Program-made: the position numbers and the translations under genes
Shown: piece by piece, positions 1 through 10,491 of the stretch
Layout of the letters: each line of letters begins with the position of its first letter
Numbering within the stretch: the first letter of the stretch is position 1
Assembly (NCBI GenBank): GCA_903862655.1
Contig: CAIOZA010000024.1
Span: 11,716-75,715, forward strand
Origin: an uncultured Ignavibacteria bacterium
Lineage (GTDB): Bacteria; Bacteroidota; Ignavibacteria; Kapaibacteriales; UBA2268
DNA: 64,000 nt
Direction: 5' to 3'
The notes under the pieces: model-generated
The model's input: only the letters and a program-made list of their open reading frames with translations
The model's database searches: none
What the model was told of the DNA's origin: nothing

Positions 1-1229
1 TGAAGAATTTAATAGTTCTTATAGTAATATTAATCTTTCCTGTTTTCTTATTTTCTGCTAATTTATGCAGTGATTCTCTTGTGTATTATGGTACAGATAG
101 CGTTGCAGGAATGGGAATGGATTCAACTGGTCATTACTGGATTGTCACAGTGGACGGATTGGGATACAAATCACTTATTATCGATGCTGTTCAGGTAGGC
201 AGATTTATTGATATTAATAATCTTGCGTTTTCCCGTGACGGAAGGCGATGGGCTTGCTTCGTGAGATCTAATGTCTCTTGGGCTGTTCTGACAAGTGAAT
301 CAACTATACCGATTTTTTGCGATACTGTCTCAAGTCTTGGTTTCAGTGGAAACTCCCGAGAGCTTTACTATTCCTTTGTAATCGGATCTGAAGTTAATTT
401 CGTTATTGGCGATAGAACAATAAGAGGCTTCAATGCCACAGGAGATTTCTTCATTAGTCAGGGTGGCGAACGTTTTGCTCTGATGGGCTACCGTGGGAAC
501 ACTATGGTCCTGACAATTAACGGATGGGAAACTCAATCGTTCGATGAGATAAAGCCTTTTGGATTCATGTATGACGGATCTTTTCTGTTTGCAGGACGAA
601 GCGGCAACAGGTGGGAGGTTTACCGCGATAAGAAATCAATCACCGAACCACTGATAAATGTATGGGATCTTCGACTGAATGGTGACGGAACTGTGGCGGC
701 ATTTCTCGCTAAACCTTCGCAGTCGCAGGGAGTGGCAATTATGGTCTCTGATGAATATTCCGAACCGATGATGAGTAAGTCCTATGATCTGGTTGAGGGT
801 TTGACAATTCATCCTACAATACCTTTGATTGCATTCAAAGCAACATATAATGGTTCTCAGTATGTAGTTCTAAGCAATACAGAATACTCGGGCGGAGAAA
901 CTACAGGCACTCCCCATTTTAGCTATGACGGTACACAGCTTTACTTTGCTGGTTGTGCTACGGACTGCTTTATTAATATTGACGGACAGAGATTTAACCT
1001 TTATGCTATGTTCAGTATGATGGATAATTTCGCAATGAAGCCGCGAAGTCAGACAATTGCCTATGCAACTGCCACGTCGCTTGTGATTCGGTATCTGGGA
1101 ACAAAGAATCTGCATGCAGGCAAGATGGTCGATCAGATCATCAGTCCAATGTATAACTGGCGAACGGATGAGTACATGACACTCGGGATAATCAGCAACA
1201 GGGTTTACCTGATGAAGTGCAGGGTTTGA
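1..1229 (+). CDS. secreted PD40/TolB-like beta-propeller repeat protein (5' partial, start upstream of window)
   Basis: The frame of ORF 81..1229 stays open to the window edge: from pos 3 it reads KNLIVLIVILIFPVFLFSANLCSDS, a signal/lipobox-like N-terminus with no Met in the window. F(S)xDG....(A/Y)F blade motifs recur about every 45 aa (FSRDGRRWACF, MYDGSFLFAG, LNGDGTVAAF, FSYDGTQLYFAG). TGA stop at 1227-1229. Confidence 0.55.
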   Translation, partial: KNLIVLIVILIFPVFLFSANLCSDSLVYYGTDSVAGMGMDSTGHYWIVTVDGLGYKSLIIDAVQVGRFIDINNLAFSRDGRRWACFVRSNVSWAVLTSESTIPIFCDTVSSLGFSGNSRELYYSFVIGSEVNFVIGDRTIRGFNATGDFFISQGGERFALMGYRGNTMVLTINGWETQSFDEIKPFGFMYDGSFLFAGRSGNRWEVYRDKKSITEPLINVWDLRLNGDGTVAAFLAKPSQSQGVAIMVSDEYSEPMMSKSYDLVEGLTIHPTIPLIAFKATYNGSQYVVLSNTEYSGGETTGTPHFSYDGTQLYFAGCATDCFINIDGQRFNLYAMFSMMDNFAMKPRSQTIAYATATSLVIRYLGTKNLHAGKMVDQIISPMYNWRTDEYMTLGIISNRVYLMKCRV

Positions 1230-1249
1230 TCACATAAAGAAATAATTGT

Positions 1250-1729
1250 ATGAGAAAAATATGCATAATTGTTCTTACATTCCTTTTAATTGGGAATGGC
1301 AATTTTCTTTTGGGGCATGGTTTTCTACAATCAACTAGGTTAACCGGTTTCACAATTGGTTCTGATTTATTGAAGAATAGTAGAAATTATGTGGTATCCC
1401 CAGATATAAATTTCACTTATTTTCTTTTAAATATTGGAGCTAGTTCACAATTTGCTAAAGAAAGCAATCCTTCTTATAATCTATATCTAGGAATTGGATT
1501 AATAAACTTTTTTCAAGTACAATTGGGAACAAATTTTTCAGATAAAAGATTGAAAATCAGGACTATATTACCTGTTTTAAGTAAAAGTCCTTTCACTTGG
1601 GACTATGTAGAACACCTTTGTGAACTGGAATGGTATGAAAGAATTAATCTGCAGTTACACTATGAAAAGAATTATAATGATTCTAAATTAAATAACTTTG
1701 GTATTGGATTGAGCTATTTAATTTTATAG
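1250..1729 (+). CDS. hypothetical small secreted/outer-membrane protein
   Basis: 159-aa ORF with a hydrophobic N-terminal signal (MRKICIIVLTFLLIG). Aromatic-rich alternating pattern, no recognisable domain. Confidence 0.4.
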   Translation: MRKICIIVLTFLLIGNGNFLLGHGFLQSTRLTGFTIGSDLLKNSRNYVVSPDINFTYFLLNIGASSQFAKESNPSYNLYLGIGLINFFQVQLGTNFSDKRLKIRTILPVLSKSPFTWDYVEHLCELEWYERINLQLHYEKNYNDSKLNNFGIGLSYLIL

Positions 1730-1745
1730 TACATGGATTATCTCT

Positions 1746-2972
1746 TTATTTAAATCTCAGTGCCTTGATTGTATTAATCTTAACCGCTATAAATGATGGA
1801 ATCAATGTTGCCGCAAGTGATAAGCAGATAGAAATCCCGATAACGATAACATAATGAATTGGATTGATTGCTACGGGCAGTTTATCCATGAAGTAGATTT
1901 CTCCGGGAAGGTGGATCAATCCATACTGCTGCTGCACAATGGAGAATATCAATGCAATCGCACAACCCAGCAGAGTTCCTATGAACCCTATTGATGTCCC
2001 CTGATATACGAAAATAGCTATTATCTCCTTGTTTGTCAATCCCAATGCACGCAGAATGCCGATAGAATGTGTCTTTTCGACAACAGTTATCAATAGAATT
2101 GTTAATATATTGAAAACGGCAACGATGCTTATCAGTCCCAGGACTAACGGGATGGGTTCTTTTTGCAGTTCTATCCATGCAAACATTGCATTGTGCAAAT
2201 CAAAGATTGAAATGCAATAGTGAGGATAGCCAAGATAGGACTGTATCTGTTCTGACAAAGGACCTGCCTTAGAAACATCCTTGAGAATAATTTCATATCC
2301 TGTTGCTGAATTACCGGGCATTTTGAACATATAAGATGCTGTTTCGAATGGTATGTAGGCTACGATATCGTCGTACTTAGCCATTCCTGTTTCATAGATT
2401 CCTGTTACTTTGAATTTAGAAATATCGGGATAGGACATTGTTCCTTCAATACCTTCGCGCATGGCATAAACTACCAGCTCTTCGTTAAGCTTGACTCCGA
2501 GCTTCTTTGCAAGACGCTTGCCGATTATGATTTCCTTGACTGGACCTGTGCTGAACTTATAAGTGCCGGCAGTAGTGTATTTCTTAAGATTGTTGATGTC
2601 AACATCAGGATTTACACCGCGTATCATAATTCCTTCGATATAAGATTTGGAGCGGATCAAGCCTTCTTTTTCTATAACGGGAGCGATAGCGGTAACTTCA
2701 GAAAATTTTTCCCTTACCTGCTGAATCGTTTTACCGTAGTCAGTTAGAGGCTTACGATTGAAAGCGATTATTTGAATATGCGAAGTGAACTTAACGGCAT
2801 TCTCGCGGAGAGCATTCTCGAATCCTGTGAGAACTGACAGAGACACGATCAGAGCCATGGATCCGAGCATAACGCTGAACAGAGCAACCATACGCGAAAA
2901 GCTTAGGAATTTTTGTCTGCGTGCTGATGCCGCGAACTTAGATGATATGTATCTTACCAGCTTTAAATTCAT
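1746..2972 (-). CDS. LolC/LolE-family (FtsX/MacB-type) ABC transporter permease
   Basis: 408 aa. One N-terminal TM helix, a large periplasmic MacB-like domain, then three C-terminal TM helices (FtsX). The start overlaps the stop of the upstream lipoprotein gene by 1 nt. Confidence 0.75.
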   Translation of the reverse strand: MNLKLVRYISSKFAASARRQKFLSFSRMVALFSVMLGSMALIVSLSVLTGFENALRENAVKFTSHIQIIAFNRKPLTDYGKTIQQVREKFSEVTAIAPVIEKEGLIRSKSYIEGIMIRGVNPDVDINNLKKYTTAGTYKFSTGPVKEIIIGKRLAKKLGVKLNEELVVYAMREGIEGTMSYPDISKFKVTGIYETGMAKYDDIVAYIPFETASYMFKMPGNSATGYEIILKDVSKAGPLSEQIQSYLGYPHYCISIFDLHNAMFAWIELQKEPIPLVLGLISIVAVFNILTILLITVVEKTHSIGILRALGLTNKEIIAIFVYQGTSIGFIGTLLGCAIALIFSIVQQQYGLIHLPGEIYFMDKLPVAINPIHYVIVIGISICLSLAATLIPSFIAVKINTIKALRFK

Positions 2973-4981
2973 TAATAATCCTGAAGCAGGATAATTGAAT
3001 ATCGGTATGTGAGTGGATCTTTAACGGTTACTGTTTTATCGCCGCCGAAAATCAGAGTATAACTCTTGCCAAAGAGCATAGCAATGTCGCTAATCTGTAG
3101 AAGCAGATCCGTGGAAGCGGATGTATAAAAGAAGTAAGCATTTTTTCGTTCGATATAGCTGGAGGAATAATCTGATACATTTCCGTAGCCAATATTAACT
3201 GACAGTGGCGGAAGATCAGGAAATAATTTTCTTGCGCTATTTGTAACATCAATAGACGGAGCATCTTTGGCGGCGTTAAATATCCTCCTGCTGTAAGCCA
3301 AATAATCGTATGATGGTGGTGCCGACTGATAGTGAAGAATCTCGGTAATCATAGCTGTACCGGCGAGGACTACGATATCCCGGTTTTCGGCAGTTGCATT
3401 ATAATCGAGAGAGGTATTGCCAGCAATGATTTTATTCACAGACAAAGGAACTATAGTAGAGATAGTACTTGTAAAGTATAACTTCGCCTTAGTCAACACA
3501 CCGGGAATAGAAATCTCAGTTTTAAGCACTCCGGGTGTTAGATTGGCTATCTGAAGGAAAGAGCCTTTTTCGAGATATGAGATGTTCTGGTTTACATCAC
3601 CATCTTCGATCATTGTGATTTGAAAATTATTGTCAACATTAGTGATGACAATGATATACTTGTTTCCGGGTTTTAGATTTCCAATAGCTGTATGGAGTAG
3701 TCTCGTAGGTTGTGAGGCTGTGAAAAGAGTCATAGGAGCTCTGCCTGAAGGTAAAAATACAGCATTGCTGATTTTACCGTAACCAATCTGATTAGCAAAG
3801 AATTCACCTGAGACGAATCCTGAATTGAGAGAATCAACCGGATTAATAGATTTCGAATCGCGTGCTCCCATCGACAGTGTCAAATCCCCAAGCCCGGTAC
3901 AAGCGTTGACAACCCGAATCATCGCACTGTCGCCTAATGGGAATGTAAGGGTTTGAGGCGGAACTATCATGCATAGTTTAGCAGGAGAATTTGCAGAATC
4001 AAGAACGAGCATTGTATAATTTGAGTTAACAACAAGCGATGTTTTAAGTGAATTTAAATATGATCCGCCACTACTGATAACCAATGAATCGAGTGTTTCG
4101 GAGTCGCAGGCTTTTACGGGAATATAAGCTGAAATATATCCTGAAGCCTGATTTGAATTTATATTATCTGAAGGAGCTTTTGAAATTGAAATAACAGATT
4201 TTGAAAAATTTATAGTTCTAATTAATGAATTCAAGTTAGGTTCAGGTTTCAAAGTTTCGAGAGCAAGATTCGTAGGATCTTGTTTATTGAGCAATTGTAC
4301 CCTATTATTTGTGTCTCCGCGAACTACAACAAGGAATTCACCACCTTTGAACAATTTAAGGGTATATAGTCCAATAGATGATCTGATATTCCCATTAATC
4401 TTTACAATAGACACCGGAATATTTGCTGAGATTGTTTCGAAATCAATACTTGACTGAAGATACTTAAGAATCGGAAATATTAACGGACCATTGGGGCAAC
4501 CCAATACAAGGGAATATGTGGAATTAGTGTCTGGATCTACATTAATCATTGAAATAAAACAATTATTTTTATCTCTTAGAGGAGTGTAAGTTGTTGTTGT
4601 AACCAAAAGCGTATCCAATGGCTTCTGTCCGGCGGGTTTGGGTAGACCCAAGATAATATATTTTGTGTCACGGATCATTCTTAACCGGTTAGGAGTCTGA
4701 TATTCCTGTGAACCATTTATCTCGGTTGAAATATATATAGAATCCAAAGGTGGAGGCATCACCGGTAGAGAAAGAGAACCTACCGGAGTTGAAAGTGTTT
4801 TGGAGTCAGTTGAAAGGACAAGCTTTCTCTCCAGTTTGTCGTTTGCAAGATTAAAAAAACGAATCCTTATGGTTTGATTGGGCAATTTGGGATTAACCAG
4901 GTTAGGATCTTCATTTGCACAGCTAAGTAAGGCAAATAAGAGCAGAAGAATCGAATATTTCTGCAGATTAAAGTTTTTCAT
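2972..4981 (-). CDS. large lipoprotein of unknown function
   Basis: 669 aa. Lipoprotein signal MKNFNLQKYSILLLLFALLSC with lipobox LLSC. Ser/Thr/Asn-rich secreted composition. Translationally coupled to the LolC/E-like permease. Confidence 0.5.
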   Translation of the reverse strand: MKNFNLQKYSILLLLFALLSCANEDPNLVNPKLPNQTIRIRFFNLANDKLERKLVLSTDSKTLSTPVGSLSLPVMPPPLDSIYISTEINGSQEYQTPNRLRMIRDTKYIILGLPKPAGQKPLDTLLVTTTTYTPLRDKNNCFISMINVDPDTNSTYSLVLGCPNGPLIFPILKYLQSSIDFETISANIPVSIVKINGNIRSSIGLYTLKLFKGGEFLVVVRGDTNNRVQLLNKQDPTNLALETLKPEPNLNSLIRTINFSKSVISISKAPSDNINSNQASGYISAYIPVKACDSETLDSLVISSGGSYLNSLKTSLVVNSNYTMLVLDSANSPAKLCMIVPPQTLTFPLGDSAMIRVVNACTGLGDLTLSMGARDSKSINPVDSLNSGFVSGEFFANQIGYGKISNAVFLPSGRAPMTLFTASQPTRLLHTAIGNLKPGNKYIIVITNVDNNFQITMIEDGDVNQNISYLEKGSFLQIANLTPGVLKTEISIPGVLTKAKLYFTSTISTIVPLSVNKIIAGNTSLDYNATAENRDIVVLAGTAMITEILHYQSAPPSYDYLAYSRRIFNAAKDAPSIDVTNSARKLFPDLPPLSVNIGYGNVSDYSSSYIERKNAYFFYTSASTDLLLQISDIAMLFGKSYTLIFGGDKTVTVKDPLTYRYSIILLQDY

Positions 4982-5019
4982 TTATAATTCCAAATAATGA
5001 AAAATACTGTAGCTGTTTT

Positions 5020-6306
5020 CTATGGCAGCTCCTGAATAATTTTCGGAGTTGCAGGTTTTGGATCGCGTTTGATAACTACAATGGTTCTATCATCTCCATA
5101 TCTCGATTCGGCGGTAAATTTCTGAACCTCTTCAAGAATTGCATAAGCTATATCTTTAGATTCGAGAAGGTGATGTTTTTTCACCATTTCGATTAATCTT
5201 TCTTCTCCATAAACTTCGTTATGTTTATTCATTGCTTCGGTGATACCGTCTGTGTAAAGAACTATAACATCACCCGAATGAATTCTAACATTTTCCAGAC
5301 CGAATTTCTGCTTTCTCATTAAGCCTAATAATCCTCCTGTCGGAAGCAGGAGTGATATTTTATCTTTATTGGGTCTATAGTGTATTGGTGCACAATGGCC
5401 TGCATTCACATAGAATGCAACGCGATTCTGAGAAAGAGCAAGTTCACAATAGAATAGAGTAACAAATCTTTCATAAAGAAAAGTATCGAAAATCAGAGTA
5501 TTCATTTTGCTGAAGATGTCGGCAATTCTATTTGCATAGCTAAGGCCCATGCGAATAGCTCCGGATACAAAGAGAGCCTGAATTGCGGCAGGAAGGCCTT
5601 TGCTGGCGGCATCGCTTATGACGATTCCAATGCTGTCTTCTTCTGCGTCTTCACGTTTAATATAATCAAAATAATCGCCGCCGACTTCGCTATCGGGGAG
5701 GCATACCCCAAAAATATCATAATCATGAAATCGGAGATGATGGTCAGGCAGAAGATTACGCTGAATTTCGGAGGCATTGTTCATCTCGCGTCTGAATTTT
5801 TCACTCTCTTTGCTGGCTTTTAGATTTCTTAAAGTCATAGTAGTAACGCTACTTATGATGTTGAGAAATTCAAAGAAATAATCAGGAATTTCGGGAGCAT
5901 TGAAGCCCATGATATACTTATAATAGCGTCCCGGTTTCATGTTGAATATCTCGCCAACTCCGGTAACTGAATATAGCTTTATTCCCAATTCCTGTAATAA
6001 TATATCTGTTTCATCGCTAAGTACTGTTTTTTTCTTATTAAGTTCGGATAAGACGAGCTGATCGGATACTAAAACTTCATAGTCATCCGGGATCTTATTA
6101 AGAAGACCGTGCTGAAATACAAGTTTGTAGGACAACCTTTCACTGTTAAATTCCCAGATTCTTCCACCTTTGATAGCGAAATGCTCCTGATTGACAATAT
6201 CCGATACAAGTGATTTCAATAATGAGTGTTCATCAGGAAAAGAGCCGGAAATCAGCTTTTCAACCAATTTATAGGTATCTCTCTGTAAAGATGCATTTAA
6301 AGACAT
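5020..6306 (-). CDS. PP2C/SpoIIE-family serine phosphatase with N-terminal sensory (GAF-like) region
   Basis: C-terminal half carries PP2C metal-binding motifs (GGDYFDYI, VISDAASKGLPAA, YVNAGHCAP, VLYTDGITEA) typical of RsbU/SpoIIE phosphatases. Confidence 0.7.
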   Translation of the reverse strand: MSLNASLQRDTYKLVEKLISGSFPDEHSLLKSLVSDIVNQEHFAIKGGRIWEFNSERLSYKLVFQHGLLNKIPDDYEVLVSDQLVLSELNKKKTVLSDETDILLQELGIKLYSVTGVGEIFNMKPGRYYKYIMGFNAPEIPDYFFEFLNIISSVTTMTLRNLKASKESEKFRREMNNASEIQRNLLPDHHLRFHDYDIFGVCLPDSEVGGDYFDYIKREDAEEDSIGIVISDAASKGLPAAIQALFVSGAIRMGLSYANRIADIFSKMNTLIFDTFLYERFVTLFYCELALSQNRVAFYVNAGHCAPIHYRPNKDKISLLLPTGGLLGLMRKQKFGLENVRIHSGDVIVLYTDGITEAMNKHNEVYGEERLIEMVKKHHLLESKDIAYAILEEVQKFTAESRYGDDRTIVVIKRDPKPATPKIIQELP

Positions 6307-6573
6307 ATCTTTTTTGCTTTAATGTTAATAGACAAACGTATAAACTCTTAAATTAAGAAATAATTTTGGATGCATCAAAAATTCAACTTTTTCTGTCACT
6401 CTGATTACGGGGAAGACAATTTTAGTATAAAGTGCGGAAGGGATTAGTGCATAGTTTTATTAATGAAATTTGTAAACTTCTAAGTAGCAGCTAAAGCATT
6501 AATTAAACAAATTACAAAATGAATCTGAAGTTCAGGGTGGGGAAAATAAAAGAGAGGAGCAGAACCTAAAGTC

Positions 6574-6945
6574 CTACTCCTCGATAATAAGATAAGCTAC
6601 TGCGTTGCCTTGTGTGTGGCTAAGAGAAACGTGGGTCTTGTATTTGCCCCATTTCTCGAGCAATCCTCCTTCGAGTACGATTACCGGTTTACCGTTTTCT
6701 TCATTTCGGATTCCGACTTCGCGGAACTTGAACCCATCGGTCAACCCTGTGCCAATAGCCTTGCTGAATGACTCTTTCGTGGCGAAACGAGCCGCATAAT
6801 GCAGATATTTATTATCCTTGAACATTTCGCAGTATTCCTGCTCCAGTTCTGTGAATATTCTGTTCAGGAAACGGTGTTCGTACTTCTCGATTGCGTCTTT
6901 TATTCTTGAAACCTCGATTATGTCAGTACCAATGCCGATTATCAT
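6574..6945 (-). CDS. acpS: holo-[acyl-carrier-protein] synthase (4'-phosphopantetheinyl transferase)
   Basis: 123 aa. N-terminal MIIGIGTDIIEVSRI signature of AcpS. Length and conservation match the AcpS family. Confidence 0.85.
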   Translation of the reverse strand: MIIGIGTDIIEVSRIKDAIEKYEHRFLNRIFTELEQEYCEMFKDNKYLHYAARFATKESFSKAIGTGLTDGFKFREVGIRNEENGKPVIVLEGGLLEKWGKYKTHVSLSHTQGNAVAYLIIEE

Positions 6946-6982
6946 AAACTATCCGCTATTCTACAAATTTAAAAAATTCAAT

Positions 6983-7534
6983 TTACCAGGTATAACCAAT
7001 ATTAATTCCACCATAATCACCGAAATTACGGCTATATGAAGGAATAGTAATCATTAATTTTACAATTGGTTCCAAAAACCAATTTTCAGCAAAAACCCAC
7101 TTGTATGATGCTTCTGCACCAATTGATACTGATATGGTTCCACGTGAATCATATTTATTATTAATCCAGTCCCAGTTGTCATATCCACTATAATAACCTA
7201 ATGCTACTGCGGGTCCAAAACCAAAGCCTTCGATTGGACCATGTTTCTTTTTTTTGTCCCAAAACCAGTTAACTATGTACCATCTGTATGATGCGCCAAC
7301 TCCAAAGTAAGTTTCACTTAATCCAGCCCAGCCCCAGCCCCAGGAAGCATACATTGCAGAAAGAGTCAAACTGTTTGTTTCTGACATTTTAGTCTCATAA
7401 GTTGCACTTACACCCCATAACAATGAGAATGGATCAATCGATATAGCATCATTATAAAGACCTCCAGCTGCTTTCATGCTGGGTGTTAGCAAAAGTGCGA
7501 AGAAAAATGCAATTAATAGTGTGCGTAATTTCAT
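6983..7534 (-). CDS. small outer-membrane beta-barrel protein (putative)
   Basis: ORF track 6983..7567. The internal Met at 7534 gives a clean signal peptide MKLRTLLIAFFFALLLTPSMKA. Gly/aromatic-rich alternating strands, C-terminal aromatic residue. Confidence 0.5.
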   Translation of the reverse strand: MKLRTLLIAFFFALLLTPSMKAAGGLYNDAISIDPFSLLWGVSATYETKMSETNSLTLSAMYASWGWGWAGLSETYFGVGASYRWYIVNWFWDKKKKHGPIEGFGFGPAVALGYYSGYDNWDWINNKYDSRGTISVSIGAEASYKWVFAENWFLEPIVKLMITIPSYSRNFGDYGGINIGYTW

Positions 7535-7761
7535 AAAACCTCCGAGTAATAATGTAAAAAACTGCAATTAGACTGATTAATATTGAACAAATATAATACA
7601 GATTTTCATCAATGCAAAGTAAATTTTATTATAATTTGCGTTTAATCGAATTAATAAAAAAATTTAAAATGTACTGAAAGCAAAAACTTGTTATAATAGA
7701 CAGGAGGTAATCTTTTTTATCAACCGTCAGCTTAGGCATAGGGCTGATAAGCTATCAATCA

Positions 7762-8379
7762 TTACCAGTTCAGAAAATCATAGTTTAGCTTTAGTTTCAA
7801 CCCGCCCGATCTTATCTGCATAAGCGAGAAAGTATATACGTCCGCTTCAAATCCGATTCCGAAACTATCTGAAAAGAAATAGTTATAGCCAATTCCAAGG
7901 TAATATGTGTAGTACCAGTTGTTAACGCTTACCTTCGTTCCTATCGCTTCAATTGCCGATGTAACGTAAGTAGTTCCAAGTCCGCCATAAATTCCGATTC
8001 CATAAAGGTTCATATTTATAATCAGTAGAGCAGGATAGCCTTTCAATGAAGCACGTATATCGGCAGAACCAAATTCAGAATGAGGCTCATTTTTCTGAAT
8101 ATCCATAATGTTTATTCTTGCTGTTTGCAATCCGATATTCAGCCTGTGGTCAGGCTTCCAGAGGATTCTTAATGATGGGGAAAAATTCTGCAATTGTATC
8201 TCAGTAAGGAGAGAATTGAGATCGGTATTATAACCTAATCCAAGTTCTGCAGTAAAACTAAAGGTAGAATCACCAACAGATCTCGGTTTCGAGAAAAGAC
8301 CGGTTGATAAAGCAAGGAATACCAAAATAAGTAAGGTTGTACTAATTGCATTGATTCTGCCAAAAATAGATTTCTTCAT
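7762..8379 (-). CDS. hypothetical secreted/outer-membrane protein
   Basis: ORF track gives 7762..8598, but its first 73 codons read through the MITE-like repeat. The Met at 8379 starts a signal peptide MKKSIFGRINAISTTLLILVFLALS. The C-terminal Y..F..W ending is beta-barrel-like. Confidence 0.45.
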   Translation of the reverse strand: MKKSIFGRINAISTTLLILVFLALSTGLFSKPRSVGDSTFSFTAELGLGYNTDLNSLLTEIQLQNFSPSLRILWKPDHRLNIGLQTARINIMDIQKNEPHSEFGSADIRASLKGYPALLIINMNLYGIGIYGGLGTTYVTSAIEAIGTKVSVNNWYYTYYLGIGYNYFFSDSFGIGFEADVYTFSLMQIRSGGLKLKLNYDFLNW

Positions 8380-8407
8380 TCGGAGCAGTGCTAGCGTTTT
8401 TGAATTC

Positions 8408-8506
8408 GTCATTCTCAGGGAGCAAAGCGACCGTGAGAATCCAGTATTCATGCCGTCTAGATTCGCAACGCAAGGCCTACTGCACCTCACTTCGTTCAGA
8501 ATGACA
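8408..8506 (+). repeat. MITE-like palindromic repeat element, copy A (TIRs GTCATTCTCA / TCAGAATGAC)
   Basis: About 99 bp. Shares 5' GTCATTCTGAGGGAGCGAAGCGACCGTG, the internal GCATCCAGTATT-ATGC-GTCTAGATTC and 3' CTCAC-TCGTTCAGAATGACA with copies at 14383, 27698 and 44173. Intergenic between the GDPD gene stop and the next gene start. Confidence 0.7.
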
Positions 8507-8575
8507 TAATTGTAGTTTTCACAAAATCTCATTTGCAGGAATGATAAAATTACATTTTGTTTATCCAATATTTCT

Positions 8576-9820
8576 TTATTCTTTGGCATAAAACTCATAA
8601 GCTACTTGCGTTGGATAATTTGTCAAAATACCGTCAAATTTGCCATCCTTGATGAAAGTGTGAATGAAATCCGGGACATCGAGTGTCCAGACAAAGGCTT
8701 GTTTACTCTGATCGTGAACTGATTTGACCATATCGGGCTGCAATCCCAATGACCATCTTGGAGCCCACACTTCTGCTGTCGATTTGACAAACAAACTGCT
8801 GTCGAGTTCGCACAAAGCCGGATAGTTCTTATGATTATCGATTTTCAAATAAGCATTCAGTATGTCTTCATCAGGAATCCCAATCAAGACTCTGATATTT
8901 CTATTCTTAGATTTTGCTTGGTCGAGGAATTTTTTCTGTATGGGAGCAATCTTACGTACAACAGAAGGATATTTAGAATCGAGCCACACAAGTTTAATAG
9001 CATTATTGTCCATCGCTGCCTTCAGAGCTTCTTCCAAAGTCGGTATCTTTTCACCGTTCTTCAGGGTGACGAACGCCCTTAGCTGAGCATAAGTATAGTC
9101 CGACACTTTGCCGATAAAGTAATCCTCATTGATCAGTCTTTTATTCATGTACTCATCGTGAAAGATAACCGGTATACTATCTTTAGTTAACTGCACATCT
9201 ATTTCGATACCATTCACACCCAACCGTTCTGAGTACTTAATCATCTCTACTGAGTTTTCAGATGCCGGCAGTCTGTCAATATTTCTACCGCCGCCGCGAT
9301 GGCTGATTATGTAGTAATTTGTGTCTATGTGGATCGGTCGCTGGTACTCGAGGGAAATTTTCTTGTCAACACCATACAATTTGTAGGTTCCGGTCAGAAT
9401 CAGAACTGATGGCTTTTTACCGGATAGCACATCGGATGCTCCGGCGGTTGGATCGATTGTTAATGACATTGAGCCTGTATTGCTGTTCTGAGCAAATCTC
9501 CAATATCCTTCGAAGTAGACAGTGCCTTTTTTCTCGCCGGCATAGAGAATTGCATAAGAGATACTTTTACCAAAAAATACTGAGAATTGATCTCCGGTCT
9601 TCTTTATCACTGCTAGTGGGCCGAACTCGTCACCACCGGGCTTTATCCTGTAGACTCCCTCAATTAAAACATCAGCTTCACTGGTAAGAGATTTGGTACC
9701 CTGTAAAACTTTCTTCTCATCAATCGGAATTGTTGGAGGAGTCAGATCCGGATTACAGGAATCCAAGATCATAACCATTACAAGAACAAGCAGGAGCCAT
9801 ATTGTTAATTTGATTTTCAT
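8576..9820 (-). CDS. glycerophosphodiester phosphodiesterase-family lipoprotein with N-terminal extra domain
   Basis: Lipoprotein signal MKIKLTIWLLLVLVMVMILDSC. GDPD catalytic motifs (IISHRGGG...ENS, IEIDVQLTKDSIPVIFHD). Confidence 0.75.
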   Translation of the reverse strand: MKIKLTIWLLLVLVMVMILDSCNPDLTPPTIPIDEKKVLQGTKSLTSEADVLIEGVYRIKPGGDEFGPLAVIKKTGDQFSVFFGKSISYAILYAGEKKGTVYFEGYWRFAQNSNTGSMSLTIDPTAGASDVLSGKKPSVLILTGTYKLYGVDKKISLEYQRPIHIDTNYYIISHRGGGRNIDRLPASENSVEMIKYSERLGVNGIEIDVQLTKDSIPVIFHDEYMNKRLINEDYFIGKVSDYTYAQLRAFVTLKNGEKIPTLEEALKAAMDNNAIKLVWLDSKYPSVVRKIAPIQKKFLDQAKSKNRNIRVLIGIPDEDILNAYLKIDNHKNYPALCELDSSLFVKSTAEVWAPRWSLGLQPDMVKSVHDQSKQAFVWTLDVPDFIHTFIKDGKFDGILTNYPTQVAYEFYAKE

Positions 9821-10491
9821 AACACAAAGCCCAGTGAGAATTCCGGGTAAAGTAAATACTCGTCAATAGTAGTGAAGCTGAGCCATGACTGATAGTAGAA
9901 CTTCGAGAAGTTGAGCTTCAAGCCCAGATTGACCCAATGATTTTTCCATAATGGCTGTTCAAGCGAAAACTTCAGTCCATAACCCGAAACTGGCTTGAAC
10001 CATTCGCCAAGCCTGATTCCTTCTGAGCTATTGTAAATATAATAGCTCTCTGCATCAATGGTTGCCGAGAGAATAAAATCCCCAAAATCGTATCCGGTGG
10101 AGATGTAAGGACTGAGTATCATACCTGTTGCTTTGACATTAGTGAAGCTCAGCTGTGGATGGCCGAACCAGCCTGCAAACTTCAATCCAGCCGCTAATGA
10201 TAAATCTGTATTCAGGAATGAATGTTGGAAGGCAAGACTTCCATAGTTAGTAAAGTAATTTGTGTTGATCTCTAAAATAGTAGTAATTTTTCCGGGTAAA
10301 CCCATTCTGAAATAGAAGTTAAGTATGGGAGCACTGTTTATTTCTTCTTCCACTACTTCTGTAGGCAGTTTCGATAAGCTTGCACCAACAATGAATTTAG
10401 TGCTCCAGTTTTGATATTCATGAGGGAAGTAGAAATACTCTTCCAAAGGCTTATCCTCAGCGAAGATAAGCGAAGAAACCATGAAGAACAA
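9817..10491 (-). CDS. hypothetical outer-membrane/secreted protein (start uncertain)
   Basis: The ORF track start is TTG at 10491. Upstream in frame, IKSKALILFFMVSSLIFA-EDK is a textbook signal peptide with no ATG/GTG/TTG before it; ATT at 10510-10512 could be the initiator. Aromatic-rich beta-barrel-like body. Confidence 0.5.
   Translation of the reverse strand: MFFMVSSLIFAEDKPLEEYFYFPHEYQNWSTKFIVGASLSKLPTEVVEEEINSAPILNFYFRMGLPGKITTILEINTNYFTNYGSLAFQHSFLNTDLSLAAGLKFAGWFGHPQLSFTNVKATGMILSPYISTGYDFGDFILSATIDAESYYIYNSSEGIRLGEWFKPVSGYGLKFSLEQPLWKNHWVNLGLKLNFSKFYYQSWLSFTTIDEYLLYPEFSLGFVL

Noticed and set aside
330-1115. Antisense ORFs 330..536 and 870..1115 inside the PD40 repeat gene
   Set aside because: Fully contained in the opposite strand of a longer, repeat-structured coding region. 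No domain features. Likely artefacts.
1882-2220. ORFs 1882..2178 (-) and 2029..2220 (+) inside the LolC/E permease gene
   Set aside because: They overlap the well-supported permease reading frame in alternative frames or strands, and look Arg/Cys-rich and non-protein-like.
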